Shown here: positions 8,961 to 17,676 of the stretch, one piece after another
Layout: each line of letters begins with the position of its first letter
Position numbering within the stretch: the first letter of the stretch is position 1
Origin: Candidatus Binatia bacterium
GTDB taxonomy: Bacteria > Desulfobacterota > Binatia > HRBIN30
Length of the DNA stretch: 64,000 nt
Reading direction: 5' to 3'
Assembly (NCBI GenBank): GCA_023150935.1
Contig: JAKLJW010000010.1
Coordinates: 49,551-113,550, forward strand
Translations under genes and position numbers: made by a program
Notes under the pieces: generated by a model
Seen by the model: only the letters and a program-made list of their open reading frames with translations
Database searches by the model: none
What the model was told of the DNA's origin: nothing

Positions 8961-10142
8961 CTACGGCGTCGTGGCTTGCGATAGCGGTAAGGCTGCAACT
9001 ACCTCGGTCTCGCAAAGGAGATCGGCGCGGCATAGCGGCGCCTCGACCAGCACGGTCGGAAAACCGCCGAAGCCCCGGTCGCGAAACAACGAACGCAGGC
9101 GTGCCCCATCTTTCGGATACTTTACATAGGTTACTGCCGAAACGACATTCCGAAAAGAGGCATCTTGCGCCGCGAGCAACGAGGAAATGTTCATCAGCAT
9201 ACGATCGACCTGCGCCACGAAATCCCCCGGATGCACCGTACGACCCGCTTCGTCGACGCTGGCCGTCCCGGACACGTAAAGCGCGACTCTGTTGGCTTCC
9301 ACGACCTTGAGACCGCGGGAAAAATCGGCGCCGTAGTCCGGGGCCTCGTTGAGACTCGGGGCGGACATCCGTCCGATCTCCATGGGTCGCGGCGACCGTG
9401 CGGCGTACAGGTTGATCGAGAAGTTGTGCCGCTCCGGAAGGAGCCCTCCGCCGACACCGGTGCTGGCAGGGAGTAGGTCGATGCCCCTCTGCCGCAAGAA
9501 CTCGCGGCGAGCCCGATTCAGAGCCGCGTAGTCCCGTTCGATGTCGCGCACGTATATCCACGTGCGAACCACGTCGCCGAAGGTCATCCCTGCCGCCTCC
9601 AGAAGGACCTCCGCGGAGACGAACATGTCGTACGCTTCGTCGAAAGCGTTTCCTCCCAAACCGTAGATATTTCCTGTGTAGGCGGACGTCCAATCGGCAA
9701 CGTGGACAAGCCGCGCACGAACCCGTGAACACCCGGGGCACTCGCAGCGGGACTCGACACGGACGTCCCGCGCAACACCACCGGCGGTTGAGCGGCGCGG
9801 AACCAGAGCCAGCACCGCCACCTCGAGAGATATTCGTTCATCGAGCGGCGGCTGCTGCACCAGGGTTGTCACCGCCCCGGACGATCGGATCGCTTCTCCG
9901 AGAACGCGCGCTCGCGCGCCGATGACCGCATCGCCGTCACTCTGGATGTCCCGGAAATAGACGGCCTCACAGACGACGTTCTCCGGCGACGCCCCTTCAT
10001 CGGCGAGAAGAGAGGCGACTGCCCTGTACAGGGCCTCAGCCTGAAGGGCTGGCCTCGCGGTTCCGTCTGGTCGGCAGAGGATGTAGAGCTCGTGTGCCTC
10101 GGGGCCCGTAAAGCGGCGAACAATAGGCCGGGGGTCGTTCAT
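8961..10142 (-). CDS. tandem RidA/YjgF-fold protein (chorismatase FkbO/Hyg5-like candidate)
   Basis: Two YjgF-like halves; second half RTWIYVRDIERDYAALNRARREFL ... VSAVTYVKYPKD resembles RidA family. Size (393 aa) and tandem architecture fit the chorismatase family; no catalytic-residue check possible. Confidence 0.45.
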   Translation of the reverse strand: MNDPRPIVRRFTGPEAHELYILCRPDGTARPALQAEALYRAVASLLADEGASPENVVCEAVYFRDIQSDGDAVIGARARVLGEAIRSSGAVTTLVQQPPLDERISLEVAVLALVPRRSTAGGVARDVRVESRCECPGCSRVRARLVHVADWTSAYTGNIYGLGGNAFDEAYDMFVSAEVLLEAAGMTFGDVVRTWIYVRDIERDYAALNRARREFLRQRGIDLLPASTGVGGGLLPERHNFSINLYAARSPRPMEIGRMSAPSLNEAPDYGADFSRGLKVVEANRVALYVSGTASVDEAGRTVHPGDFVAQVDRMLMNISSLLAAQDASFRNVVSAVTYVKYPKDGARLRSLFRDRGFGGFPTVLVEAPLCRADLLCETEVVAALPLSQATTP

Positions 10143-10267
10143 CTAGATGGCACGGCCGCAAGCGCCGCAAACGTTCCCCCGCAAACGCTCGCGGCGCGCC
10201 GACCGTTCCGGTTGGCGCGCCGCGTCGAGGCTCGACTCCAAAGCTTTCGCCGCAGTCGCCTCCCGCT

Positions 10268-12010
10268 CTAACACCCGGGAAGGGGATTGGGGAAAGAGGT
10301 GCTCAGGATATTGTCCTCGAAGCAGTTGCCGCTGCCTCCAAATGCGATCGCGTCATTCGCCAGGAAGGCAAATGGGTGACCGATGGGTGGCGATGTGCCG
10401 TTATTTACAAAGCGATTACTCTTGATCCGGTTGTTGTCAGGGGAAGGATCGAAGTCCGGCACATTATCCACGCAATTGAACGCCGTCCCGTCCACGACCA
10501 GGCAGTAGTCAACCACCGCAACCCCATAAAAGCCGTTGTTCTCGATCAAATTATTCTCGACCAGGTTGCTATCCGGTCCCAGCAGCAGCACTCCTCCGCC
10601 CGTGGGCAGGGCACCTGCCATCGACGACGGCGGCGCCGTGTTCGCCCTGTTGTTGTCGTAGACATGGTTACGGGTCACATGCCATCGGTTGGACTGCTTA
10701 CGCTCCAAACCCGGCTGCATGTAGAGACCGATCCCGACAGTGTTGTTGTATGCCTCGTTGCCTCGCAGGAGGATGTCGTCGCTGTTCGAGACTTCGAGTC
10801 CCGTGACGCTAGTGTGCAGGACGTTGTTGACGACGCGGACGTTCACCGACGTCTCGACCCACATGGCGCTGTCGTCGGAGCCATAGGAAACGTTGCGGCT
10901 CACCAGTCCTTTCGCGGACAGCGTCGGCCAGATGCCGTTTTCCTTGTTGTCGATGGACTCATTCCCCTGAATCCTGAAGTTGTCGACGTAGCGGGTGACT
11001 ATACCGTTCTTGGGGAAATCCCGAATCACGAAGCCCCTGATGGTAAAGCCGTCGATACGGCCGCCGGGGGCGGAGGGCTCCACGACCACACCGTTCTTCT
11101 GTCCGGGAACGGCCTTGAGTACGACCCGGTCATGACCGTACTTCCGGCCAATCAGCCGGATACCGTCCTTGCGGACGCTCACGGCGTTCTGCCCACCGTG
11201 CGTCTCCTCGTACAGCCCCGGCATCACGACGATCGTGGTTCCCGGAGCGGCGGCATCGACAGCCGCCTGAATAGAGCTTCCGGGGAAGACCTTGATCAGC
11301 CGCTTGCCGCTCATCGCCGGCGTGGATGTGCCCGTCGGAGTCGGAGTCGGGGCCGACGATGTCGGTGTCGGGGTGGGGGTATCGACGGGCGGCGCCGCGC
11401 ACGCCGGATCGAGGCCATCGACGAGACCATTACCGTCGTTGTCGAGACCAACCGCGTCGGCATCGTACGACATGTCTTCCTGGGTGCTGCTGCACGGATC
11501 GGTTAGGTTGTTGTTCGCCAACCCGTAATAGGGCGGGAGGGAGGTTTCCGGTAAGACCGCCGGCGCCGGGTCGGGCTCACCGGTGACACCCGAGCCCGGG
11601 AAGTGACAGGTCACACAGGCCGTCACACCCTCACTCGCGTGATACAGCCGCAAACCGTAGCCGGTAGCTTTAGGTTGGCCACTCAGGAGAGATGTGTGAC
11701 CGTAGTCCTGCGCGTGACAACCGGAGCAGCCGTACCCCTGGGCACTGTAATACGTCAGGACGGGGGTATCCCCACCGAATAACTGATGGCAGAGGGTGCA
11801 GCTCGTGATGCCGAAATCGTTCTGATGCCGCAGATGGAGCGTCCCAACAGACGGCCCGCCTTGAAAGCCGGTGTGGCACTGCACGCAACCGTTGCCCACA
11901 CCGTCGTCGTAGCTCGGATAGGCGTCGGCCCGCGCGACCCATATCGCAGCGGCCGCCACAGCCAGGGCCCCGATCGCCGCTCGACGACATTTTCCCGTTA
12001 TCCCGCGCAT
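10268..12010 (-). CDS. secreted tetraheme c-type cytochrome fused to right-handed parallel beta-helix domain
   Basis: Signal peptide. Four CxxCH motifs (CVQCH, CTLCH, CSGCH, CVTCH) in first 130 aa. Asp-rich DADAVGLDNDGNGLVDGLD. PT linker PPVDTPTPTPTSSAPTPTPTGTSTP. Then repeated N/G/V-rich beta-helix rungs (NosD/pectate-lyase-like) to the C-terminus. Confidence 0.7.
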   Translation of the reverse strand: MRGITGKCRRAAIGALAVAAAAIWVARADAYPSYDDGVGNGCVQCHTGFQGGPSVGTLHLRHQNDFGITSCTLCHQLFGGDTPVLTYYSAQGYGCSGCHAQDYGHTSLLSGQPKATGYGLRLYHASEGVTACVTCHFPGSGVTGEPDPAPAVLPETSLPPYYGLANNNLTDPCSSTQEDMSYDADAVGLDNDGNGLVDGLDPACAAPPVDTPTPTPTSSAPTPTPTGTSTPAMSGKRLIKVFPGSSIQAAVDAAAPGTTIVVMPGLYEETHGGQNAVSVRKDGIRLIGRKYGHDRVVLKAVPGQKNGVVVEPSAPGGRIDGFTIRGFVIRDFPKNGIVTRYVDNFRIQGNESIDNKENGIWPTLSAKGLVSRNVSYGSDDSAMWVETSVNVRVVNNVLHTSVTGLEVSNSDDILLRGNEAYNNTVGIGLYMQPGLERKQSNRWHVTRNHVYDNNRANTAPPSSMAGALPTGGGVLLLGPDSNLVENNLIENNGFYGVAVVDYCLVVDGTAFNCVDNVPDFDPSPDNNRIKSNRFVNNGTSPPIGHPFAFLANDAIAFGGSGNCFEDNILSTSFPNPLPGC

Positions 12011-12211
12011 ACTTCCCCCGATCTCCCAAGGAAATTACTGTCCACCGAAAACTACCGACTTTGGTGGCTATACTCCGTCCGCCAGCGGACAGTCAAGCAT
12101 TATCGGTAGCCTGCAGGGGTGCAGACACAAAATTCTCACGGACACCGTCAGGGAGCGCCCCCAACGCACGCGGGCCCGGTAACCGTACCGGTCACCGGGC
12201 CCGCCATCCAG

Positions 12212-12285
<74 letters not shown>

Positions 12286-12512
12286 GCAAGAGCGAAGGGA
12301 TTAGCTGCCGTCCGTGCCGATGTCAACGGAGGCGACGCGCACGGCCTGCCCGCGTACGCGCCTCGTTTGCGCCCGCAGCCCCCGCCGAAACCCCGTCACA
12401 CCCGCACCCAACTTCCACCGCCCGAAGGGTCAATCGGCCGAGAGACGTCGGGAGTGCATCCCAACGCCGAACACGCGCGGAGCGCGCGTTCCGTTCTCCA
12501 CCCGGACTGGGG

Positions 12513-13379
12513 CTACAGGCCGACCGCCCGGCGTAACTCGTAGACCTCGCGGTCGGTCAGATCTCGCGCCGCTCCCGGCGGCAGCTTGCCGAGTGCCAGC
12601 GGCCCCAGCGCCACCCGGCGCAACTTCTCGACCGGATGGCCCACCGCCAGGCACATCCGCCGCACCTCGTGCTTACGCCCCTCCGTCAGCTCCAGCTCCA
12701 ACCACGTCTTATCGTCCTGCTTCCTCACCACACGTACCGCCGCCGGCGCCGTGAGCCCCTCCTCCAGCCTGACCCCCTGAGCCAATCGCGCCACCGTCTC
12801 CGGCGCCGGCTCCCCTTTGACCTTGGCCAGGTACACCTTGCGGACACCGTAACGCGGGTGCATGAGCCGCACGGCCAGCTCGCCGTCGTTGGTCAACAGG
12901 ACGAGGCCCGATGAGTTGAAGTCGAGACGGCCAACCGGAAACACCCGATGCCGAACGTGCGGCACCAGGTCGCGAACCGTCGGGCGCCCCTCCGGGTCGG
13001 AGAGGGTCGTTACCACGCCGGTTGGTTTGTGCAGCAGCACGTAAACCAACGGCGCCACCGGCAGCGGCTTGCCGTCAATCGTGATCCGGTCGCGGCGGAG
13101 GTCCGCCTTCGCCCCCAGTTCCGTCACTGTCCGGCCGTTCACCCGGATCCGCCCCGCCGCAATTATCGTCTCGGCCGTGCGCCGCGACGCAACCCCCGCC
13201 CGCGCCAGGATCTTCTGCAATCGTTCCGGCCCCGGGCCCGCCGGCGGCGGCCCCGGCAACGTTGCCCGCTGCCGCGACAAGGTCGGGCGTAACGGCCTCG
13301 TGGCCGGCTGACTCGGCCGCGGCGGCCGCGGCGGGTGTGCCGGCCGGCTCTTCGATTGGCGACGCGGACGCTTCTCCAT
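12513..13379 (-). CDS. rluB: 23S rRNA pseudouridine synthase RluB (RsuA/RluB family); start uncertain
   Basis: S4 domain ERLQKILARAGVASRRTAETIIAAGRIRVNG; catalytic HRVFPVGRLDFNSSGLVLLTNDGELA. Pro/Arg-rich N-terminal extension overlaps scpB 3' end for about 300 nt. Confidence 0.8.
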   Translation of the reverse strand: MEKRPRRQSKSRPAHPPRPPRPSQPATRPLRPTLSRQRATLPGPPPAGPGPERLQKILARAGVASRRTAETIIAAGRIRVNGRTVTELGAKADLRRDRITIDGKPLPVAPLVYVLLHKPTGVVTTLSDPEGRPTVRDLVPHVRHRVFPVGRLDFNSSGLVLLTNDGELAVRLMHPRYGVRKVYLAKVKGEPAPETVARLAQGVRLEEGLTAPAAVRVVRKQDDKTWLELELTEGRKHEVRRMCLAVGHPVEKLRRVALGPLALGKLPPGAARDLTDREVYELRRAVGL

Positions 13380-14052
13380 CTGGAATGGGTCCTAACTCGT
13401 GGAGCGTGGGCAACTCGTCAAGGGCCTTGAGACCGAAGGTCTCCAGAAACTCCGGGGTGGTTCCGTATAGCAGCGGCCGCCCCACCGCCTCCTTGCGCCC
13501 GGCGATCATGATGAGCTTGCGGGCAAGCAGCGTGTTCAGGACACCGTCGACGTCCACGCCGCGAATCGCTTCGATCTCGACCCGGGTGACGGGTTGTTTG
13601 TAGGCGACGATCGCCAGCGTTTCCAGGGTTGCCCGGCCCAGGCGGGCCGGTTTCTCGCGGAACAATTGCCGCACCCACTCCGCATTCTCGCGGGCAGTGC
13701 GGACCTGATAACCCCCGGCGACCTCGTACAGCCGGATCCCGCGCTGCTCGGCAACATAGCTTTCCTGCAAGGATCGCAGCGCCGTTTCGACTTCCTTCGA
13801 GCTTGGCCGCGGACCGCTGGCGCCGAGGACCTCCACAAGCTTGCGCAACGACACCGGCGCACCGGCCGCGAAAAGCACGCTTTCGATAATCCGTTCGATA
13901 CGCTCTCCGGCGTCCCGGTCGACGGGAGCGTCGGCGTGGACCTGTTCGACCTCCTGGTCCGGGGGAACCCCGTCGGCCTGGAGATCGTCGCTCGCTTCGG
14001 TTTCCGCTTCCTTTGTGGGCATGGGTTCAGTCCTGATTCGTCTCGTTGGCAC
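13075..14052 (-). CDS. scpB: segregation and condensation protein B
   Basis: RIIESVLFAAGAPVS ... LETLAIVAYKQPVTRVEIEAIRGVDVDGVLNTLLARKLIMIAGRKEAVGRPLLYGTT is the ScpB winged-helix tandem; Gly/Pro-rich acidic tail. Confidence 0.8.
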   Translation of the reverse strand: MPTRRIRTEPMPTKEAETEASDDLQADGVPPDQEVEQVHADAPVDRDAGERIERIIESVLFAAGAPVSLRKLVEVLGASGPRPSSKEVETALRSLQESYVAEQRGIRLYEVAGGYQVRTARENAEWVRQLFREKPARLGRATLETLAIVAYKQPVTRVEIEAIRGVDVDGVLNTLLARKLIMIAGRKEAVGRPLLYGTTPEFLETFGLKALDELPTLHELGPIPDGEASASPIEEPAGTPAAAAAAESAGHEAVTPDLVAAAGNVAGAAAGGPGAGTIAEDPGAGGGCVAAHGRDDNCGGADPGERPDSDGTGGEGGPPPRPDHD

Positions 14053-14842
14053 CTTCAGGGTCCGGCTGACGGGCCTTGCCGTCGTAGTCGTCCAGCAACC
14101 CGAACTCCAGCGACGCCGGGTCGTCGGTGGCGAGCTCTATGACGATCCTTCCGAAGAGATCGGCCTGCACGGCTCGCACCGCCCCCATTTTCATCAGCTC
14201 CAACAGGGCCAGAAAGGTCACCACCATCTCCAGCCGCGTGGCGGTATCGTCGAACAGGCTGTCGAAGTCGACCGCACGCTTCCGCACCAGGCGGTCGAGC
14301 AGCACTTGCGCGCGCTCGCGCAGCGAGACGCGTTCGGTAACCACCTCGTGCACGGCCTCCGGCCGGGCCCGCGCCAGCACCGCTTTCAGTGCCGCCAGCA
14401 ACTCCCAAGTGCTCACCTGCAGTCGCGGCACCCCGGCATCGGCGGGTAGCTCGACATCGGCGAACGGCTCGCGGGCGAAGACGTCGCGCTGGAGGAGCGG
14501 CCGCTCCGCCAACGCCAGCGCCGCTTCACGGTAACGCTGGTATTCGAGCAACTGGCGGACGAGATCGGCCCGCGGATCGGCTTCCTCTTCCTCCGCGTCT
14601 TCCTCCGACGGCGGTAGCAGCATGCGCGACTTGATCAGCATCAACGTCGCCGCCATCACCAGATACTCCCCGGCGACGTCGAGACTGAGATCGCGCATCA
14701 TCTCGAGGTACTCCATGTACTGCTCGGTAATTCGAGCCACCGGAATGTCGACGATCTCCACCTCGTCCTTCTTGATCAGGTGGAGGAGCAGATCGAGCGG
14801 CCCCTCGAAAATATCGAGCTTGACCCGGTAGGGAGAGGTCAT
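14027..14842 (-). CDS. scpA: segregation and condensation protein A
   Basis: LDIFEGPLDLLLHLIKKDEVEIVDIPVARITEQYMEYL is the ScpA N-terminus consensus; 4-nt overlap with trpS stop. Confidence 0.8.
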   Translation of the reverse strand: MTSPYRVKLDIFEGPLDLLLHLIKKDEVEIVDIPVARITEQYMEYLEMMRDLSLDVAGEYLVMAATLMLIKSRMLLPPSEEDAEEEEADPRADLVRQLLEYQRYREAALALAERPLLQRDVFAREPFADVELPADAGVPRLQVSTWELLAALKAVLARARPEAVHEVVTERVSLRERAQVLLDRLVRKRAVDFDSLFDDTATRLEMVVTFLALLELMKMGAVRAVQADLFGRIVIELATDDPASLEFGLLDDYDGKARQPDPEGANETNQD

Positions 14843-15843
14843 CCTACGCGCATCGCCCCGCGCACGTCGGCCATCGTCGCTACCGCAACCTCGTGCGCCC
14901 TTGCATTGCCACGCACGAGCGCGGCGTCAACCTCTTCCGGGTGCGCGGCGAAATGCTCATGACGCGCACGGATGGGCGCCAGATCCGCAATCACGTGCTT
15001 GATCACGACCTTCTTGCAATCGAGGCACCCGATGCCCGCCGTGCGGCAGCCGGAAGTCACGTACTCGATCTCGTCGGGAGTGCAATAGATGCGGTGCAGG
15101 TTGAACGCGGGGCAGTCGTTCGGTTCGCCCGGGTCGGTGCGCCGCACCCGCCGCGGGTCGGTCATCATTCGACTGAGCTTGCGGTCCACCTCCTCGGGCG
15201 TATCCGAAAGAAAGACCGCGTTGTTGTAACTCTTGCTCATCTTACGGCCGTCGGTGCCAGGCACTCTCGGCACCGCCGTCAACAACGCTTCGGGCTCGGG
15301 AAACACCGGCCCGTAAAGGCCGTTGAAACGCCGCGCAATCTCGCGCGTCAGCTCTATGTGCGGCGCCTGATCGACCCCTACCGGTACTCCGGTCGCACGA
15401 TACATGAGAATGTCGGCCGACTGCAGCACCGGGTAACCGAGAAGGCCGTAGTTGAGCGTCGAGGCGTCGGCCTCCTCGTCGACGCTCAGCAAACCCAGAT
15501 CGCGCGCCTGCTCCTTCACCGTCGGATTACGCAGCAGCCAGGGGGTCGGCGTGATCATCGACAGCAACAGGTGAAGCTCGGCGTGCTCCTTGATCGCCGA
15601 CTGGCAGAACAGCACCGCCCGCTCGGGATCGAGACCGACAGCCAGCCACACGGCCACCATGTCCCGCACATGCGCGGCAATCGCCCCCGTGTGCTCGGGA
15701 TCGGTGGTCAGCACGTGCCAGTCCGCCACAAAGAAGAAACAGCGCCGTTCCTCCTGCAACCGCAGCCAGTTGCGCAGCGCACCGTGCAGGTGCCCGAGAT
15801 GCAACCGGCCCGTCGGACGCATACCACTGACGATCACGCTCAT
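14839..15843 (-). CDS. trpS: tryptophan--tRNA ligase
   Basis: HLGH (TGRLHLGHLHG) and KMSKS motifs; start MSVIVSGMRPTG from ATG at 15843. Confidence 0.9.
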   Translation of the reverse strand: MSVIVSGMRPTGRLHLGHLHGALRNWLRLQEERRCFFFVADWHVLTTDPEHTGAIAAHVRDMVAVWLAVGLDPERAVLFCQSAIKEHAELHLLLSMITPTPWLLRNPTVKEQARDLGLLSVDEEADASTLNYGLLGYPVLQSADILMYRATGVPVGVDQAPHIELTREIARRFNGLYGPVFPEPEALLTAVPRVPGTDGRKMSKSYNNAVFLSDTPEEVDRKLSRMMTDPRRVRRTDPGEPNDCPAFNLHRIYCTPDEIEYVTSGCRTAGIGCLDCKKVVIKHVIADLAPIRARHEHFAAHPEEVDAALVRGNARAHEVAVATMADVRGAMRVG

Positions 15844-16006
15844 TCCGCCGCCCTCGCCGCCATCCCCGCCTGGCCCGCCGAAGCCGAGATACGAAACCCC
15901 GAACCAAGAACCGAAAGCGCGGCCACCGAGCGCGGAAAAACATCCCCTCGTCCCCGGCATGGATTGTGCGTTACGCGCTCCCCGCGCGGGTCGACCGAGC
16001 CGCTCG

Positions 16007-16666
16007 TCACAGCAGCACCCGGAGCATGACCGTGATCACCGGACCGATGACGCCGTCGAGCACATCGGTGGCCAGCAGTCCGACAACGATCAGCATTCCG
16101 TACGGCTCCAGACGGGCATACGCTCGTGCCAGATCCAGCGGCAGCAAACCCACCATCACGCGCCCGCCATCCAGCGGCAGAATCGGCAGAAGATTGAAGA
16201 CCGCCAGTACGATGTTCACCACGATGCTGTTCTGCACCATCAAAGTCAGCGGCGTGAGTCCCGCAACCAGCGGCGGCGCGTAGACCGAATCGGCCGGCAC
16301 CTCCATCCCCATGAGCAACCGCAGAACGACGGCACTGGCCACGGCGAGCAGAATGTTCGTCACCGGCCCGGCCGCGGCGACGAACATCATGTCGCGCTTG
16401 GGATGGTGCAGATTGGAGTAATTGACCGGCACCGGACGCGCCCAGCCGAACAGGAACGGGGCCTTGATGGCGATCAGCACGAGCGGCACGAGTACCGACC
16501 CGACCGGATCGATGTGCGGCAGCGGGTTGAGAGTGAGCCGACCCGCTCGCGCCGCCGTCGGATCGCCGAGGCGGTACGCCACCATCCCGTGCGCCACTTC
16601 GTGCAAAATGATCGCTGCCAATACCGGCAGGGCCCATACCGACAATTGCTGGACGAATGCTTCCAC
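16007..16666 (-). CDS. site-2 protease family (peptidase M50) membrane metalloprotease
   Basis: HEVAHG zinc motif, multiple TM helices, LPILPLDGG second motif. Confidence 0.7.
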   Translation of the reverse strand: MEAFVQQLSVWALPVLAAIILHEVAHGMVAYRLGDPTAARAGRLTLNPLPHIDPVGSVLVPLVLIAIKAPFLFGWARPVPVNYSNLHHPKRDMMFVAAAGPVTNILLAVASAVVLRLLMGMEVPADSVYAPPLVAGLTPLTLMVQNSIVVNIVLAVFNLLPILPLDGGRVMVGLLPLDLARAYARLEPYGMLIVVGLLATDVLDGVIGPVITVMLRVLL

Positions 16667-16687
16667 GTGGCTGGGACGGTAGCAAAT

Positions 16688-16735
16688 GGGATGGGTGGGG
16701 GGAAGGTGAAGGAGGGGCTTGGGGGCTTGGGGACA
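16688..16735. repeat. G-tract-rich leader (GGGATGGGTGGGGGG...GGGGCTTGGGGGCTTGGGG); copy of recurring GGGCTTGGGG motif, potential G-quadruplex on template strand
   Basis: Read in sequence between xerC/D stop (16738) and M50 protease start (16666). Confidence 0.45.
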
Positions 16736-16737
16736 GT

Positions 16738-17676
16738 TTATGCGCGGGGGTGGAACTTGCGGTGGACGGCGCGCAGGCGGTCGCCAGCTACGTGGGTGTA
16801 GATCTGGGTGGTCGCAATGTCGGCATGGCCCAACATCATCTGTACGGCACGCACATCGGCACCGCCGTCCACGAGGTGAGTCGCAAAGGCGTGGCGGAGC
16901 GTGTGCGGACTGATCCGGCCGGCCAGTCCGGCGCGCCGCGTGGCGGCACGCAGGCGCCGCCAGAATGCCTGTCGGGTCAGCGCGCGCCCATAGCGATTCG
17001 GGAACAGATAGGTGCTCGCCCGCCCGCGCAATAGCGCCGGCCGCGTGTCCTGCAGGTACGCCAGCAGCCGCGCACGCGCGCTGCGGCCGATCGGCACCGC
17101 GCGCTCCTTGCGTCCCTTGCCAACCACCGTCAGGTAACTCGCCTCCAGATTAACCTGACTCACTCGTAGCGCCACCAACTCCGACACCCGCAGTCCGGTG
17201 GCGTACAGCAGCTCGATCATCGCCACGTCGCGCCGACCGATCGTTTTGCTGCCGTCGTCCGCCAGCAGAGCACCCACCTCGTCCGGCGCCAGCGAACGCG
17301 GTAGTCGCAGATCGAGGCGCGGCAGGTTGAGATCGCGGGTCGGATCGGTCGCCAATACGCCCTCGCGAACGAGGAAACGGAAAAGGACGCGCACCGCACT
17401 CAACATGCGGGCCCGGCTGCGCGCACTCAGGCCGCGCGCCTGAAGCGCATCGAGGAACGCCACCACGTCCCGTGGCTGTGCCGCACTCGCGGTCCGAACG
17501 CCGCGGCGCGCGCACACTTCCGCAAACGCCGCGAGGTCCCGCCCATATGCCTCGAGGGTGTTCGCGGAAAGTCCGCGCTCGGCGGCCAAGTACGTCAGAA
17601 ACTGATCGACATGACCGTCGACGCCGGGCAACGCTGGGAACTCTGGTGCCGGCATCCGCGCCGACCGTTCACGCAC
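16738..17676 (-). CDS. tyrosine recombinase XerC/XerD
   Basis: Catalytic R...HTLRHAFATHLVDGGADVRAVQMMLGHADIATTQIYTHV (RHRY tetrad). Confidence 0.8.
   Translation of the reverse strand: MRERSARMPAPEFPALPGVDGHVDQFLTYLAAERGLSANTLEAYGRDLAAFAEVCARRGVRTASAAQPRDVVAFLDALQARGLSARSRARMLSAVRVLFRFLVREGVLATDPTRDLNLPRLDLRLPRSLAPDEVGALLADDGSKTIGRRDVAMIELLYATGLRVSELVALRVSQVNLEASYLTVVGKGRKERAVPIGRSARARLLAYLQDTRPALLRGRASTYLFPNRYGRALTRQAFWRRLRAATRRAGLAGRISPHTLRHAFATHLVDGGADVRAVQMMLGHADIATTQIYTHVAGDRLRAVHRKFHPRA

Noticed and set aside
15590-16801. 403-aa plus-strand ORF antisense to trpS and the M50 protease (and similar ORFs 15527..15943, 15840..16685 on the minus strand)
   Set aside because: Antisense or out-of-frame to genes with strong motif evidence (KMSKS, HExxH). 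Composition dominated by R/H/Q/G, typical of GC-rich antisense frames.
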